Shown here: positions 54,838 through 63,825 of the stretch, piece after piece
How positions within the stretch are numbered: position 1 is the stretch's first letter
Layout: each line of letters begins with the position of its first letter
DNA from: a virus
IMG/VR virus record: IMGVR_UViG_3300043395_000558
Coordinates: 2,919-66,918 of that record
Direction: 5' to 3' (one strand)
Length of the DNA: 64,000 nucleotides
Translations under genes and position numbers: made by a program
The notes under the pieces: model-generated
What the model saw: the letters and a program-made list of their open reading frames with translations, nothing else
What the model was told of the DNA's origin: nothing
Databases searched by the model: none

Positions 54838-56397
54838 TCAAGAATTTATTTCAAGTGCAAACATCTCGGTCAGCAGCGTGTTGTCGCTGACCTTGGCGCT
54901 CAGGGCCTTGAACATTTTCTTCTCAACTGGCGAGCCCTGAATATGGATAACTGTTACTTTATCGCTACTCTGTCCCTTGCGATCCGCACGAGCGATAGCC
55001 TGGATGTATTGCTCAACGCTCATCAATGGGCCGTAGAACACCACCGTGTCGGCAGCAGTTAGGGTAATCCCGTGGGCGGTAGCTTGCGGTTGCATCACCA
55101 GGACCCGGGGCTCGGCGTCAGTCTGGAATCGGTGGATGATGTCAGCGCGTTTGTTCGCTGTCACACCGCCGTGAATACATTCGTTTGCAATACCCTTGGA
55201 TGACAGGTGCGTCTGGATGGTGTCGATGGTTGAGCGGAACAACGCGAAGATGATGACCTTGCGCTGCGTCTCTTCGAGTATCTCCTCCAGCACACCCAGA
55301 CGCGGCGCTGAGTCGAACTCCACCACCTCCTTGGCGTCGGTGTATGCGGCTCCACAGCTGATCTGCAAGAGCTTCGAGAGGCTAGCAGCGGCATTGACCG
55401 CTGTGATGGTCTCCCCTGCGGCTTGCACCAGCATCTGTTCTTTCAAGAGGTTGTAGTACTTGGTCTGCTGCGGAGTCAGCGGCACCTCACGGGTGAGCGT
55501 CATCACAGGCGGCAAGTCCAGGCATTGGTCCTTGGAGTAGCGGATCGCTGGTTGCAGTGCGTTGAACACCTTGTCCTTGGCGTCAGGTCGTGGTGCCCAC
55601 TTGTACATGGTGATCTTGTTCATCACCGCATCACGCCAGCCAGTGAAGAACATCGGCACACCGTCCGGGTTCACGAGCTTGGCTAGACCAAACGCATCAG
55701 CGGGTGACTGCGATGCTGGAGTACCCGTCATCATCCACAGGTGGGTCTGCGGTCCGATGATTGACTTCAACGTCTTCCACCGCTTGGTGGTGCTCGTCTT
55801 GTAGGCGTTGGCTTCATCGACGATAACCAGATCAAACCGGCCATCGTTCTTGATCTCATCTGCAATCAGGTTTAGCCCGTCGTAGTTGCAGATCACGAAG
55901 TCATAGTCTTGCTGAATCATCTCGATGCGGCGTGATGCCTTGGGATGATGCGCCACGATTGCTGATCGGTGGATGATGCTGTTGTTCAAGTCGCTCAACC
56001 ACGCAGACTGCATGATCGATAGTGGGCACAGGATCAACACACGCCGCACAAAGCCAAGCGTCATCAGGTAGTCAGCAGCCCAGAGAGCCGCCAGCGTCTT
56101 GCCAGTACCGGGGTCGTTGAAGCAGAACGCCTTCTTGTGCATCGTCAGGAACGATGCCGTCTCGATCTGGTGCGCCATAGGCTTGTATCGCCCGGGCCAC
56201 TTATAGCGTCGGGTGATCGGGGATTGGATGTCTTTGACGCCGAGGTTCTTCAGAACTCTTGACTCATCCAGCCCCCAGTAAACCGCTACCTTGTATGTGT
56301 CTCCTTCTTGCTCAATGATCTTGTGCTTTGGAATGATGCTGTACTTCTCAGGGTTGCGCGTTCTGAAGACGAGCGCTTTGTCGTCAATAATTTCCAT
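54838..56397 (-). CDS. SNF2-family (SF2) helicase
   Basis: DPGTGKT, VDEAN, MTGTP, HGITLT, QAIARADRKGQ; start MEIIDD. Confidence 0.9.
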   Translation of the reverse strand: MEIIDDKALVFRTRNPEKYSIIPKHKIIEQEGDTYKVAVYWGLDESRVLKNLGVKDIQSPITRRYKWPGRYKPMAHQIETASFLTMHKKAFCFNDPGTGKTLAALWAADYLMTLGFVRRVLILCPLSIMQSAWLSDLNNSIIHRSAIVAHHPKASRRIEMIQQDYDFVICNYDGLNLIADEIKNDGRFDLVIVDEANAYKTSTTKRWKTLKSIIGPQTHLWMMTGTPASQSPADAFGLAKLVNPDGVPMFFTGWRDAVMNKITMYKWAPRPDAKDKVFNALQPAIRYSKDQCLDLPPVMTLTREVPLTPQQTKYYNLLKEQMLVQAAGETITAVNAAASLSKLLQISCGAAYTDAKEVVEFDSAPRLGVLEEILEETQRKVIIFALFRSTIDTIQTHLSSKGIANECIHGGVTANKRADIIHRFQTDAEPRVLVMQPQATAHGITLTAADTVVFYGPLMSVEQYIQAIARADRKGQSSDKVTVIHIQGSPVEKKMFKALSAKVSDNTLLTEMFALEINS

Positions 56398-56398
56398 G

Positions 56399-56584
56399 TC
56401 ACTTCTCCAGCAGTTTCGTCGTGTGCAGTGTGTACTGCCGCGAGCCGTGCTCTTGAAGCATGGCCAGCACACGCTCGGCTTCTCTCTTGTTGGTGTAGGC
56501 GTGTTCCATCACGCCGCTGCTGCTGTGGTCGTAGTACTCCCACGCAATCACATAAACATACACATCTAACTCGATAATTTCCAT
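56399..56584 (-). CDS. Hypothetical protein
   Basis: 61 aa; RBS GGAGAAAGCAA. Confidence 0.65.
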   Translation of the reverse strand: MEIIELDVYVYVIAWEYYDHSSSGVMEHAYTNKREAERVLAMLQEHGSRQYTLHTTKLLEK

Positions 56585-56601
56585 TTGCTTTCTCCATAGT
56601 T

Positions 56602-56835
56602 TTATTTGTCGCTCATGTTGGCCTTGGGGCTGCGCAGTCGCGTGTTGCCGGGCGTTGACTTGCCGCCTGCACGCAAGGGTTTGATGTGGTCGATGTGCTT
56701 TCCACTCCGATCCACGCCTTCCTTGTCGTACTTACGACGCGCTCGCTGGCGCTCAATCTGATCGGCTGTTTCACCGGATTTCTTTTGCAGCTTGTAGGCA
56801 TGCTTGTAGTCTCGCTTTCCATTGGTTTGTGTCAT
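56602..56835 (-). CDS. Minimal HNH-fold protein
   Basis: IDHIKPLRAGG...GN...AN. Confidence 0.75.
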   Translation of the reverse strand: MTQTNGKRDYKHAYKLQKKSGETADQIERQRARRKYDKEGVDRSGKHIDHIKPLRAGGKSTPGNTRLRSPKANMSDK

Positions 56836-56836
56836 G

Positions 56837-57508
56837 TCAATCTCTCTTTCGGTTGTGCTCACAAGTCATGACCGGGCACCACCCGCACAGTGGCGTCGGC
56901 CTGGGGTTCCACACCCCGCTCTCATGCGCTTGTTCAATGCGGGCAACGCGTTCCCGATAGTCCCACCAGTACTCCTCGGCCTCACCGACCAGGAAGCTAG
57001 CCTTGGCAATGTCGTTCTTGACCACGAACAGCAGCGCCCCAGACACGCGACGGATATGTGGGAAGTGCGCAAACACCATCAGTGCCATGAGCTTTAGCTG
57101 CTCCCGGTCAGGGTACTTGTTGTTGCCGGTCTTGTAATCAACAACCCTTGCCGTGAGATTGTCGTCATCAATAATTAAAAGATCGGCTATCCCCCGGCAC
57201 CACACGTCTTTGTCTGCAAACCCGCAGGGCGACAGGTCTGCCCGCACGCCCATCTTGTGCTCGCACAGCTTCCTACCGGGTTTTGACTTGAGTGCATCAA
57301 GCGCGTCCTGGATGAAAGCAAACTGGGGCGGCAAGGGCGTGTCATCCTTGATGTAGAACTCCGCAGCCTCGTGCAGCTCCTTGCCGTAGATCGTCGCTTG
57401 GGTGTCGGTGAACGGGTAGTTCTTGAGCACCTTCACTTCGTGGTAACGGCGAGGGCAGCCCTCGTAATCTTTCAGGGAGCTGTGGCTCCAGGTGACAGGT
57501 TTAGTCAT
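56837..57508 (-). CDS. Cas4-like PD-(D/E)XK exonuclease
   Basis: SHSSL...CPR, G..LH, GIADL, DYKTG, Q, C.WC...C. Confidence 0.88.
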   Translation of the reverse strand: MTKPVTWSHSSLKDYEGCPRRYHEVKVLKNYPFTDTQATIYGKELHEAAEFYIKDDTPLPPQFAFIQDALDALKSKPGRKLCEHKMGVRADLSPCGFADKDVWCRGIADLLIIDDDNLTARVVDYKTGNNKYPDREQLKLMALMVFAHFPHIRRVSGALLFVVKNDIAKASFLVGEAEEYWWDYRERVARIEQAHESGVWNPRPTPLCGWCPVMTCEHNRKRD

Positions 57509-57705
57509 GGAAGGTTTACTGCGGTTTGTTGAACGTGCTTGAGGTGCTCGCCCAGCTCGGCGTATTCCTCGATGGGTACTATCCGGCTCTGAAGCTGCCC
57601 ATCAATATACGACGTGAGCATGATGCCCGTACCGTACAGAAACACATTCTCCAGCAGCTTGGCGTAGTCGTCGTTGATCTGGTCACTCACTAAGGTCACG
57701 CTCAT
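57505..57705 (-). CDS. Hypothetical protein
   Basis: 66 aa, overlaps both neighbours. Confidence 0.65.
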   Translation of the reverse strand: MSVTLVSDQINDDYAKLLENVFLYGTGIMLTSYIDGQLQSRIVPIEEYAELGEHLKHVQQTAVNLP

Positions 57706-58013
57706 CAGAACCTCGCACTCTGAATAGCCCGGGCAAGCCGGTTGCTGAACTCCTCGACAAAGTTCTCGTCGTTGTTCAGATCGGTACGATCCATGTTCTC
57801 AAGTATGGCATGTGTCAGCTCGTGCCAAAAGGTTTCGTGAAGGGCGGATAATTTCAAAGGTACGCCGTGATAAGACCTGCGTGCCAGGGTGATCGTGCGC
57901 TTGCCGTAGTGCACCTCACCCATCATCGCCCGTTCTTTCATCGACTCGACCACGTCAACGCTGTACCACTTGTCACCGATCTGTATTTTTTTAGGTAGTG
58001 TCAATTGCTTCAT
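57705..58013 (-). CDS. Small zincin-like (HExxH) protein
   Basis: TFWHELTHAIL...E.FV. Confidence 0.72.
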   Translation of the reverse strand: MKQLTLPKKIQIGDKWYSVDVVESMKERAMMGEVHYGKRTITLARRSYHGVPLKLSALHETFWHELTHAILENMDRTDLNNDENFVEEFSNRLARAIQSARF

Positions 58014-58022
58014 GCTTTCTCC

Positions 58023-59993
58023 TTATTTAATATCACCGTAGCACCGGCTGTGGCCAACGTCTGAGTTGAGCGGTATCCCAGGCATATACTTGGGCTCCGC
58101 AACCATCTGTTCCCACACCCACTTGGTTGCTTCTTCTGCTTCTTCAGCCGGTACCACCGCCCACAATTCATCATGGACTGTGCCTACCACGGGGTACTTT
58201 TTGCTCACCCGTAGCATGCCGTCTGTCATCACCACACGCGCAGTTCCCTGCACGATGTTGTTAGTGATCTTGCCTCCGTAGAGGTTGAGCACCGCAGGGC
58301 GCCCGTTCTTTTCACCATCATAAACCCACGCCCCGGTCTTGTCCCGGCGCAGGTTGCGGTAGTGGATCGACATGCCCGAGGGCAATACGATCTCCTCCTT
58401 TTTGAAGGTGACACATTTATACACGAACTCCTCACCACCGACAAGAGCCGACTTCAACAGCCGCTCGCACATGTCCCAGAAGGTCGTCACCGGGTGGGCT
58501 GTAGCACGATAGTTGTCAATGATCTTCTTGGCCGTGACGCAGTGGATCAACAACTCCTGGTCGGTGCAGTTGTGCGGGATGCTGGTCATGCGGGTCAGGT
58601 TGTCTTCCCACCCCATGAAGCGCTCGATGTATGCCCGGTCTATGCCCAGCTGCTTGGCGTCAGCCTTGGTATAGCGTAGCGGTGCCGCCCCCAGGAAGCC
58701 CGTCAAAAGCTGCGCAGAGAAGCTCGCCCACCCCAGTTGATACCCAGCCCCCAGCAAGGCCGATTTCGCGCTCTGGCGCTCGATTGGATGCGTCTCCTTG
58801 GTCATGCCAGGAAGCCCGAACATCTGTGCACCAAAGAGGGAGTACACGTCTTTGCCGCTGCGGAACATGGCCAGCACGTCCTCGTAGTCGGTGAGCCACG
58901 CCAGCACCCTGGGCTCGATCTGGGACAGGTCACCCACCACCAGCTCGTACCCCTCCGGGGCCAGGATAGCCCGCCGCATGGCGCCGCCCCGCTTCAGGTT
59001 CTGCATGTTGATGGCCGCACCCCTCGTCGCCGTCCAGCGCCCAGACTTAGCGCCATAATAGTTAAGTGGTACTGGAAGGCGGCCCCGTTGTGAAATGTCA
59101 AGGAACCGTTGGGCTCGCGTTCGCTCTCCGGTCGATTTAACTTTAAGGCGAGCCTCACAAAGGTCGACAATGTCTTCACGCTCGCCGTTGAGAAGTGCCT
59201 GGAACAGCGCATCGTTCTTGGCAAGTGCCAGGGACTCCTTGCCTGTGGTCTTGCTGACCTTTGTCGGAGGAGTAACCCCGAGCCTTTGAAGTAGGGCAGC
59301 AAACTTTGGGTTCGACGCGAGTTCAGCTTCTTCCACGCCGAGTTGTCTGAGTAGGCCTTCACGTCGTTCTCCTTCTTCTTGCAGTGCGGTGATCAACACC
59401 TTGCGGTCCAGCTCCAGCAGCGGGCGTGTGTACATCTTCAGCGTCATGTCGATCAGGCGCAGCTCCTTCGTAGGGTAGCCCTCAACCAGGCGCTCGAACA
59501 CCCGCTCGCACAGGTACACGTCATGCTTGCAGTACTCGGCCAGCTCCTTCTCGATCTCAGGTGTGAGGTCAATGAGCCCATCTGTGCTGTGCACAGCCTG
59601 CCCCTTGGGCGGTAGGCCGAAGTCTTCGGCCAGCTTCATCAGCGAGTTACCGACTTCCAGGCCGCGTAGAGCTCGCGCCATTGATAGCGAGTCGAAGATG
59701 AACGCGGGTTCAACACCGTATACCCAGGAGAGGATCGATACGTCGAACTGTGCGTTATGAGCAAGGACTGCGGTGGTTGACCAGTCGTAAGTCCCCAGGA
59801 TTCTAGGAAGCTCATCTCCTCGATACCACTGAGTGACTCGCTCAGATCCGTACTCATGGATGCACGCGCCGAACGCCTTGAAACGCTTGTCACGAATGTA
59901 CTCCTCAGTTGTCATCTTGGACAGCGTGTAGTCCGACCTGTCCCAGCGTGTCTCGAAATCGATTGTCAGTATGCGTTTGTATGGTGCTGTCAT
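58023..59993 (-). CDS. polA: DNA polymerase family A with 3'-5' exonuclease (Leu762 type)
   Basis: DFET, HNAQFD, YCKHD; motif A DLSQIEPR; motif B RQSAKSALLGAGY; motif C VHDE. Confidence 0.93.
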   Translation of the reverse strand: MTAPYKRILTIDFETRWDRSDYTLSKMTTEEYIRDKRFKAFGACIHEYGSERVTQWYRGDELPRILGTYDWSTTAVLAHNAQFDVSILSWVYGVEPAFIFDSLSMARALRGLEVGNSLMKLAEDFGLPPKGQAVHSTDGLIDLTPEIEKELAEYCKHDVYLCERVFERLVEGYPTKELRLIDMTLKMYTRPLLELDRKVLITALQEEGERREGLLRQLGVEEAELASNPKFAALLQRLGVTPPTKVSKTTGKESLALAKNDALFQALLNGEREDIVDLCEARLKVKSTGERTRAQRFLDISQRGRLPVPLNYYGAKSGRWTATRGAAINMQNLKRGGAMRRAILAPEGYELVVGDLSQIEPRVLAWLTDYEDVLAMFRSGKDVYSLFGAQMFGLPGMTKETHPIERQSAKSALLGAGYQLGWASFSAQLLTGFLGAAPLRYTKADAKQLGIDRAYIERFMGWEDNLTRMTSIPHNCTDQELLIHCVTAKKIIDNYRATAHPVTTFWDMCERLLKSALVGGEEFVYKCVTFKKEEIVLPSGMSIHYRNLRRDKTGAWVYDGEKNGRPAVLNLYGGKITNNIVQGTARVVMTDGMLRVSKKYPVVGTVHDELWAVVPAEEAEEATKWVWEQMVAEPKYMPGIPLNSDVGHSRCYGDIK

Positions 59994-60250
59994 TGGTTGT
60001 TCCTTTCTCGGATGTGGTCTGCACAGTTGATGCAGGCAGAATCCCAATCTCCTTCGGACAGGTCAGTTGCATTGTCCTCACACACCTTCGCACACGCCTC
60101 GCGCTCATCTGCCCTTTCCTCGGCCAGCAATTTCTTTATCCTGTCGCCGTACATGGAAACCACAATGCTTGGCAGACCTATTGCCTGGGCTCTGTCGTAC
60201 AACTTGATGTCATCCAGCGTCAGAGTTACGGTTATTTCAGGGTGAATCAT
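59990..60250 (-). CDS. Hypothetical protein, EREACAKVCE family, copy 1
   Basis: ATGA overlaps; motif shared with the next two genes. Confidence 0.7.
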   Translation of the reverse strand: MIHPEITVTLTLDDIKLYDRAQAIGLPSIVVSMYGDRIKKLLAEERADEREACAKVCEDNATDLSEGDWDSACINCADHIRERNNQ

Positions 60251-60474
60251 GCTTGCCCCCTTGCTCGGATGGCGTGAGCATAGGTAGGCCATGCCAACAA
60301 AGTGTTTTTGTCTTCACACACTTTCGCACACGCCTCACGCTCTGCGGCGACGACAAGGGTGGCAAAGCGTTCAATCTCCTCCTGCGTCAGCGTCCAGAAC
60401 CCGTTGTGCCATGCGTCCACCTTATCGGTGTCGCAAGCCTCCCGCGCCATGCGGATGATGTCATCTTTGTTCAT
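60247..60474 (-). CDS. Hypothetical protein, EREACAKVCE family, copy 2
   Basis: DDIIRMAREA...AIRARGQA. Confidence 0.7.
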   Translation of the reverse strand: MNKDDIIRMAREACDTDKVDAWHNGFWTLTQEEIERFATLVVAAEREACAKVCEDKNTLLAWPTYAHAIRARGQA

Positions 60475-60797
60475 GCTTGTCCCCTTGCTCGGATGGCGGC
60501 GGCGCACTCATATCCAGTCATGTACGTCTCGGTATTGCCGTAGCCTTCCCATTGACCGTTGTAGCCAGCAGGACGACCAACAATCTTTTCACACACCTTC
60601 GCACACGCCTCACGCTCTGCCAATCGCCCGGCCTCGTAGCCTTCTTGGTAAGACGTGAAGCTGGACGGGTCGATGTTGGCGAGCGTATGTGCGGCGACAA
60701 GGGTGGCAAAGCGATAGAGCACCATGTCTTCAGGACGTACCATCACACACTCTATGCCAGCCTCCCGCGCCATGCGGATGATGTCATCCCGGCTCAA
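60471..60797 (-). CDS. Hypothetical protein, EREACAKVCE family, copy 3
   Basis: TTG start overlapping the upstream stop; same motifs. Confidence 0.65.
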   Translation of the reverse strand: MSRDDIIRMAREAGIECVMVRPEDMVLYRFATLVAAHTLANIDPSSFTSYQEGYEAGRLAEREACAKVCEKIVGRPAGYNGQWEGYGNTETYMTGYECAAAIRARGQA

Positions 60798-61090
60798 TTG
60801 AACATCTCCCGAGCAGGTGCGTCTTCGGTCACGACCGCGCCCATCACCTCTTGTGCTTTGTTCAGTATCTCCATGCACTCCATCTCGGAGGCGCCAACGC
60901 TGATCGTCATCAGGTGGTCGTTATTGTCGACAAGCAAAACTGCCTTGTGGCCGCCGTCTTCCACGTAGCACTTGGCGAGCTTGCTCAGTAGCAGGGCAAA
61001 GTGCATCCGCTTGTCGTCCGATAGGTCTTCCAACAGGGTGAGCGTGTCAGCCCACTCCGTTTTCAGCTTTTGTTTAATCATCGCATCCAT
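60794..61090 (-). CDS. Hypothetical protein
   Basis: MDAMIKQK start after AGGAG. Confidence 0.7.
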   Translation of the reverse strand: MDAMIKQKLKTEWADTLTLLEDLSDDKRMHFALLLSKLAKCYVEDGGHKAVLLVDNNDHLMTISVGASEMECMEILNKAQEVMGAVVTEDAPAREMFN

Positions 61091-61371
61091 TGCAGTAACT
61101 CCTTTATGGTGGTTATGTTTTCTTCGTTGATCACGTACGCCATACCGCCAGCTGCGCGTATTGCGTTGATCTCTTTCTCTTGTAGGGCAGTCGTCTTGCC
61201 CTTCCCCGCTTTGCACTCGAAGGCAATGAAGCGGCCAGCACAGCACGCAATGATGTCGGGTATGCCAGCCCTCCCCATCCCGGCTTGGAACGGAGAGAAG
61301 TGGTACACGCCCAACTCGTTGAGTGTGTCTTTGACGCGCCGTTTCACGGCTGCCTCCGGTGTTTGTGCCAT
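61078..61371 (-). CDS. VRR-NUC nuclease/Holliday junction resolvase
   Basis: TPE, GIPDII, FECKA, TALQ. Confidence 0.85.
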   Translation of the reverse strand: MAQTPEAAVKRRVKDTLNELGVYHFSPFQAGMGRAGIPDIIACCAGRFIAFECKAGKGKTTALQEKEINAIRAAGGMAYVINEENITTIKELLQWMR

Positions 61372-61373
61372 TT

Positions 61374-61625
61374 TTATTTCGCTTGTGTTTCGTTGAGTTT
61401 CATCAGGTAGTGTGCGGCTTTGCCTGCATCGTCGCTGCCTTCCTTGCGTCCGGCTCGCATCGAGTATTTAATCACGTTGCCCTTGAGAAATCCAATGAAT
61501 TCTTCGTGCGTGAGCACGGCCTCCATCACAGCCCAGGGCTGCACTGGCATCTCTTTGTAGTGATTTCCACTTACCTGCATATCGTCGGCACGGGTGCCGT
61601 TCAATCCGTCTTTCAGTTGTGTCAT
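61374..61625 (-). CDS. DUF3310 (T7 gp1.7-like) protein
   Basis: G.HY, GFLKGNVIKY..RAG.K...D..KA.HY. Confidence 0.8.
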   Translation of the reverse strand: MTQLKDGLNGTRADDMQVSGNHYKEMPVQPWAVMEAVLTHEEFIGFLKGNVIKYSMRAGRKEGSDDAGKAAHYLMKLNETQAK

Positions 61626-61646
61626 AGCGGTGCTTCTCCTACGCTA

Positions 61647-61895
61647 TCAAGCGTCTTTTGTTTGTGTAGTTTCTCCAGCAGCTTTGGCTCCACCCTTGTG
61701 AAGGGCCACCAGTCGTTGGTGCGTAGCCTTTCCATAATCGCTGCGGGCTTTTCTGCGGACTTCGTCGGGGATGACGACTTCCTGCGTCGTGAACTTGTGT
61801 TCGTTGGCACACTCCCTCCTTCTTACGTAACCGAACAACAAAGTCTTGCGGGTCTCGATCACGTTGGACCAAGCACCGCACTCGGGGCATTTCAT
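61647..61895 (-). CDS. NrdR N-terminal-like zinc-ribbon protein
   Basis: MKCPECG...VIETR...RRRECAN.HKFTTQE. Confidence 0.75.
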   Translation of the reverse strand: MKCPECGAWSNVIETRKTLLFGYVRRRECANEHKFTTQEVVIPDEVRRKARSDYGKATHQRLVALHKGGAKAAGETTQTKDA

Positions 61896-61896
61896 T

Positions 61897-62136
61897 TCAT
61901 GGTTCCTCTGGTTCAACTTTCCTGGCGTGGCCACAGGTGCCACACTTCCACAACAGGCAGGTGCCTGTCAACATCATCACGTCTTGCTTGCACACGGGAC
62001 AGTCCTCGTAGTCGCTGAGGTCAGTCTCGCCAACTGTGTGGAACACAGCCTCTTGCCAGACGAACCGAGCATTATGCTCGCCGATTATCTTCTGCTCGCG
62101 TGGGGTGAGCGTTGCCCACCATTTGTCGAATGTCAT
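61897..62136 (-). CDS. Zinc-ribbon hypothetical protein
   Basis: CPVC, CGTCG. Confidence 0.65.
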   Translation of the reverse strand: MTFDKWWATLTPREQKIIGEHNARFVWQEAVFHTVGETDLSDYEDCPVCKQDVMMLTGTCLLWKCGTCGHARKVEPEEP

Positions 62137-62588
62137 TTGCGTACCCTCACTCTTGCTCTTCCTTTCGTTACGTTCCAGTCGGTTGCGGCATTTCTGTCAA
62201 TTGCCTTTGTCAGTGACAGCTCGGCCACCTGCTTATTGCGCCGGTTCTTTGCCTGTGCGCTTGCCAAATCCCGGTCTGCGTTGGTGCGGTACTGGGTCTT
62301 CTCGGTGCTGTACTTGGACTTCTGCAACTTGCGTAGCAGGGCAAGGTCTTTCTCCGGCGCTTGCTCCCACAGCCTGTCGTTGATCTTGGGCAGGTAGTAT
62401 GCGGTAAACACACGCACCCCGGTCTTCCACGGGGTGTTATCTCGTGGCGTCCGTAACAGTTCGCACTCATCGATGCGCTTGCCCGTGAGAGACAGAAACA
62501 TACTCATGGCATCCAGCAGACACAACTGCCGCCGCCACGACCGGATGAGACATGCGTCCCAGTACTCTTGTAGTGTGTTCATTCCCAT
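62133..62588 (-). CDS. Hypothetical basic protein
   Basis: 151-aa ORF within the operon. Confidence 0.65.
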   Translation of the reverse strand: MGMNTLQEYWDACLIRSWRRQLCLLDAMSMFLSLTGKRIDECELLRTPRDNTPWKTGVRVFTAYYLPKINDRLWEQAPEKDLALLRKLQKSKYSTEKTQYRTNADRDLASAQAKNRRNKQVAELSLTKAIDRNAATDWNVTKGRARVRVRK

Positions 62589-62809
62589 GCCTTTCTTATT
62601 CCATTCGACATACCGATAGCCCTAGCAAACGCCATGCCGTCGTATTTGTTGTTGATCTCATCCGCAATGTCTTTGCACGAGTACCAATAAAACAAAGTAA
62701 ACCACATCGTTTGCTCGTTACCCTTTTCAAAGTGCCCAATCGCAGCATCCATCAAGTTCGCTTGACTTGCAAGCGCCCAATAGTATCGGCTGAGTTCGAC
62801 TAGCGTCAT
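62579..62809 (-). CDS. Hypothetical protein (paralog of 62806-62994)
   Basis: H...GN...MW..L.Y motif. Confidence 0.65.
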   Translation of the reverse strand: MTLVELSRYYWALASQANLMDAAIGHFEKGNEQTMWFTLFYWYSCKDIADEINNKYDGMAFARAIGMSNGIRKAWE

Positions 62810-62994
62810 GTGTTCTTCTCCTTCAGCCTATCCCAGTGTGTACCATACACATCTTCCGCCATGGCGTGGTAGAGTAACTGAAGCCACATTGATCGGTTGT
62901 TTCCAATTTTGTGGTGCGCCATAGCCACATGCAAGTGGTTGTCTGCCATGCGCTGGACATAGCTTTCTCTGGTGTCGTCGTTGTAGGGGATCAA
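62806..62994 (-). CDS. Hypothetical protein
   Basis: TTG start overlapping the upstream stop; ends LKEKNT. Confidence 0.65.
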   Translation of the reverse strand: MIPYNDDTRESYVQRMADNHLHVAMAHHKIGNNRSMWLQLLYHAMAEDVYGTHWDRLKEKNT

Positions 62995-63407
62995 GTGTTC
63001 TTCTCCTTCAGTCGTTGCTCTGCCCAGTCCATTGCGTCAGCCCGAGAGCCACCAAAGTCTTGGGCCAAGTACTCCTTCTTCTCATCTAACGTCAGCCCAA
63101 CCCATTCACGCTGTGGTTGTGGGGTGGTGTAGAGGGGTGCGACTTTCCTGAATGGCGGGACAGAAATGTTCCCATACCCAAGTTGGTGTAGTTGCTCCGC
63201 CGTATACGCGAAGCTGTAACCTTGCCCATCTCTTTCACACAGCCACGCCACCGGCTCCTGCTTCTCAGCCTGCTCTATGGCTTGGCGTAGGTACTGCATC
63301 CCGTTAAAGTAACGACCAAGCGACAGCTTGATAATGCCGCTTTCGTCCTCGTATGGATAATGTTTCTCCAACGCCTCCAGCGCCTGTTTCATGGCGGTGA
63401 TGCTCAT
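62991..63407 (-). CDS. Mosaic phage hypothetical protein
   Basis: MKQALEAL, QEPVAW, PLYT.P, WVGLT, LKEKNT modules. Confidence 0.75.
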   Translation of the reverse strand: MSITAMKQALEALEKHYPYEDESGIIKLSLGRYFNGMQYLRQAIEQAEKQEPVAWLCERDGQGYSFAYTAEQLHQLGYGNISVPPFRKVAPLYTTPQPQREWVGLTLDEKKEYLAQDFGGSRADAMDWAEQRLKEKNT

Positions 63408-63598
63408 AACTCCTCCGGGTCGTAGCCGTGGTTGCTAAGCAAATCATCAATCATCATGTGTGCAATGTCCGCTAAGTCAATAGGAACCCTGCGCTCAACA
63501 TACGTTGTTTCAACCTTGGGCTTGGTTGGCTTGATGCCGTCACCATAGTCAACCTCCATGCCTTCACCCTTAATAGGGGCTTTGTTGAATTCGCTCAT
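63404..63598 (-). CDS. Hypothetical protein
   Basis: ATGA overlaps. Confidence 0.65.
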   Translation of the reverse strand: MSEFNKAPIKGEGMEVDYGDGIKPTKPKVETTYVERRVPIDLADIAHMMIDDLLSNHGYDPEEL

Positions 63599-63825
63599 CG
63601 CTTCATCCCCCGCACAAAGATAGCAAAGCTCGCCACAGTATCGGGGCCGAACGCTGGTTTGAACTTCTCAATGGCGCGGGCTATCTCGTCGATGGTCTGG
63701 TTGCGCACCATCTCCCGGTAGGGGTCAAGCCCCCGTGTGAACTCCACCTCGTTAGCGATCTGGCGCTTGCGCCAGCCACGCGCCTGCTCGATCTGCTCAA
63801 ATGCCTCGTCTTCATCTGTTTTCAT
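63595..63825 (-). CDS. Hypothetical protein
   Basis: 76 aa, GGAGG RBS. Confidence 0.7.
   Translation of the reverse strand: MKTDEDEAFEQIEQARGWRKRQIANEVEFTRGLDPYREMVRNQTIDEIARAIEKFKPAFGPDTVASFAIFVRGMKR

Noticed and set aside
56837-57508. Cas4-like gene as evidence of CRISPR
   Set aside because: No repeat-spacer array or other cas genes; solo Cas4-like exonucleases are common in phage replication modules
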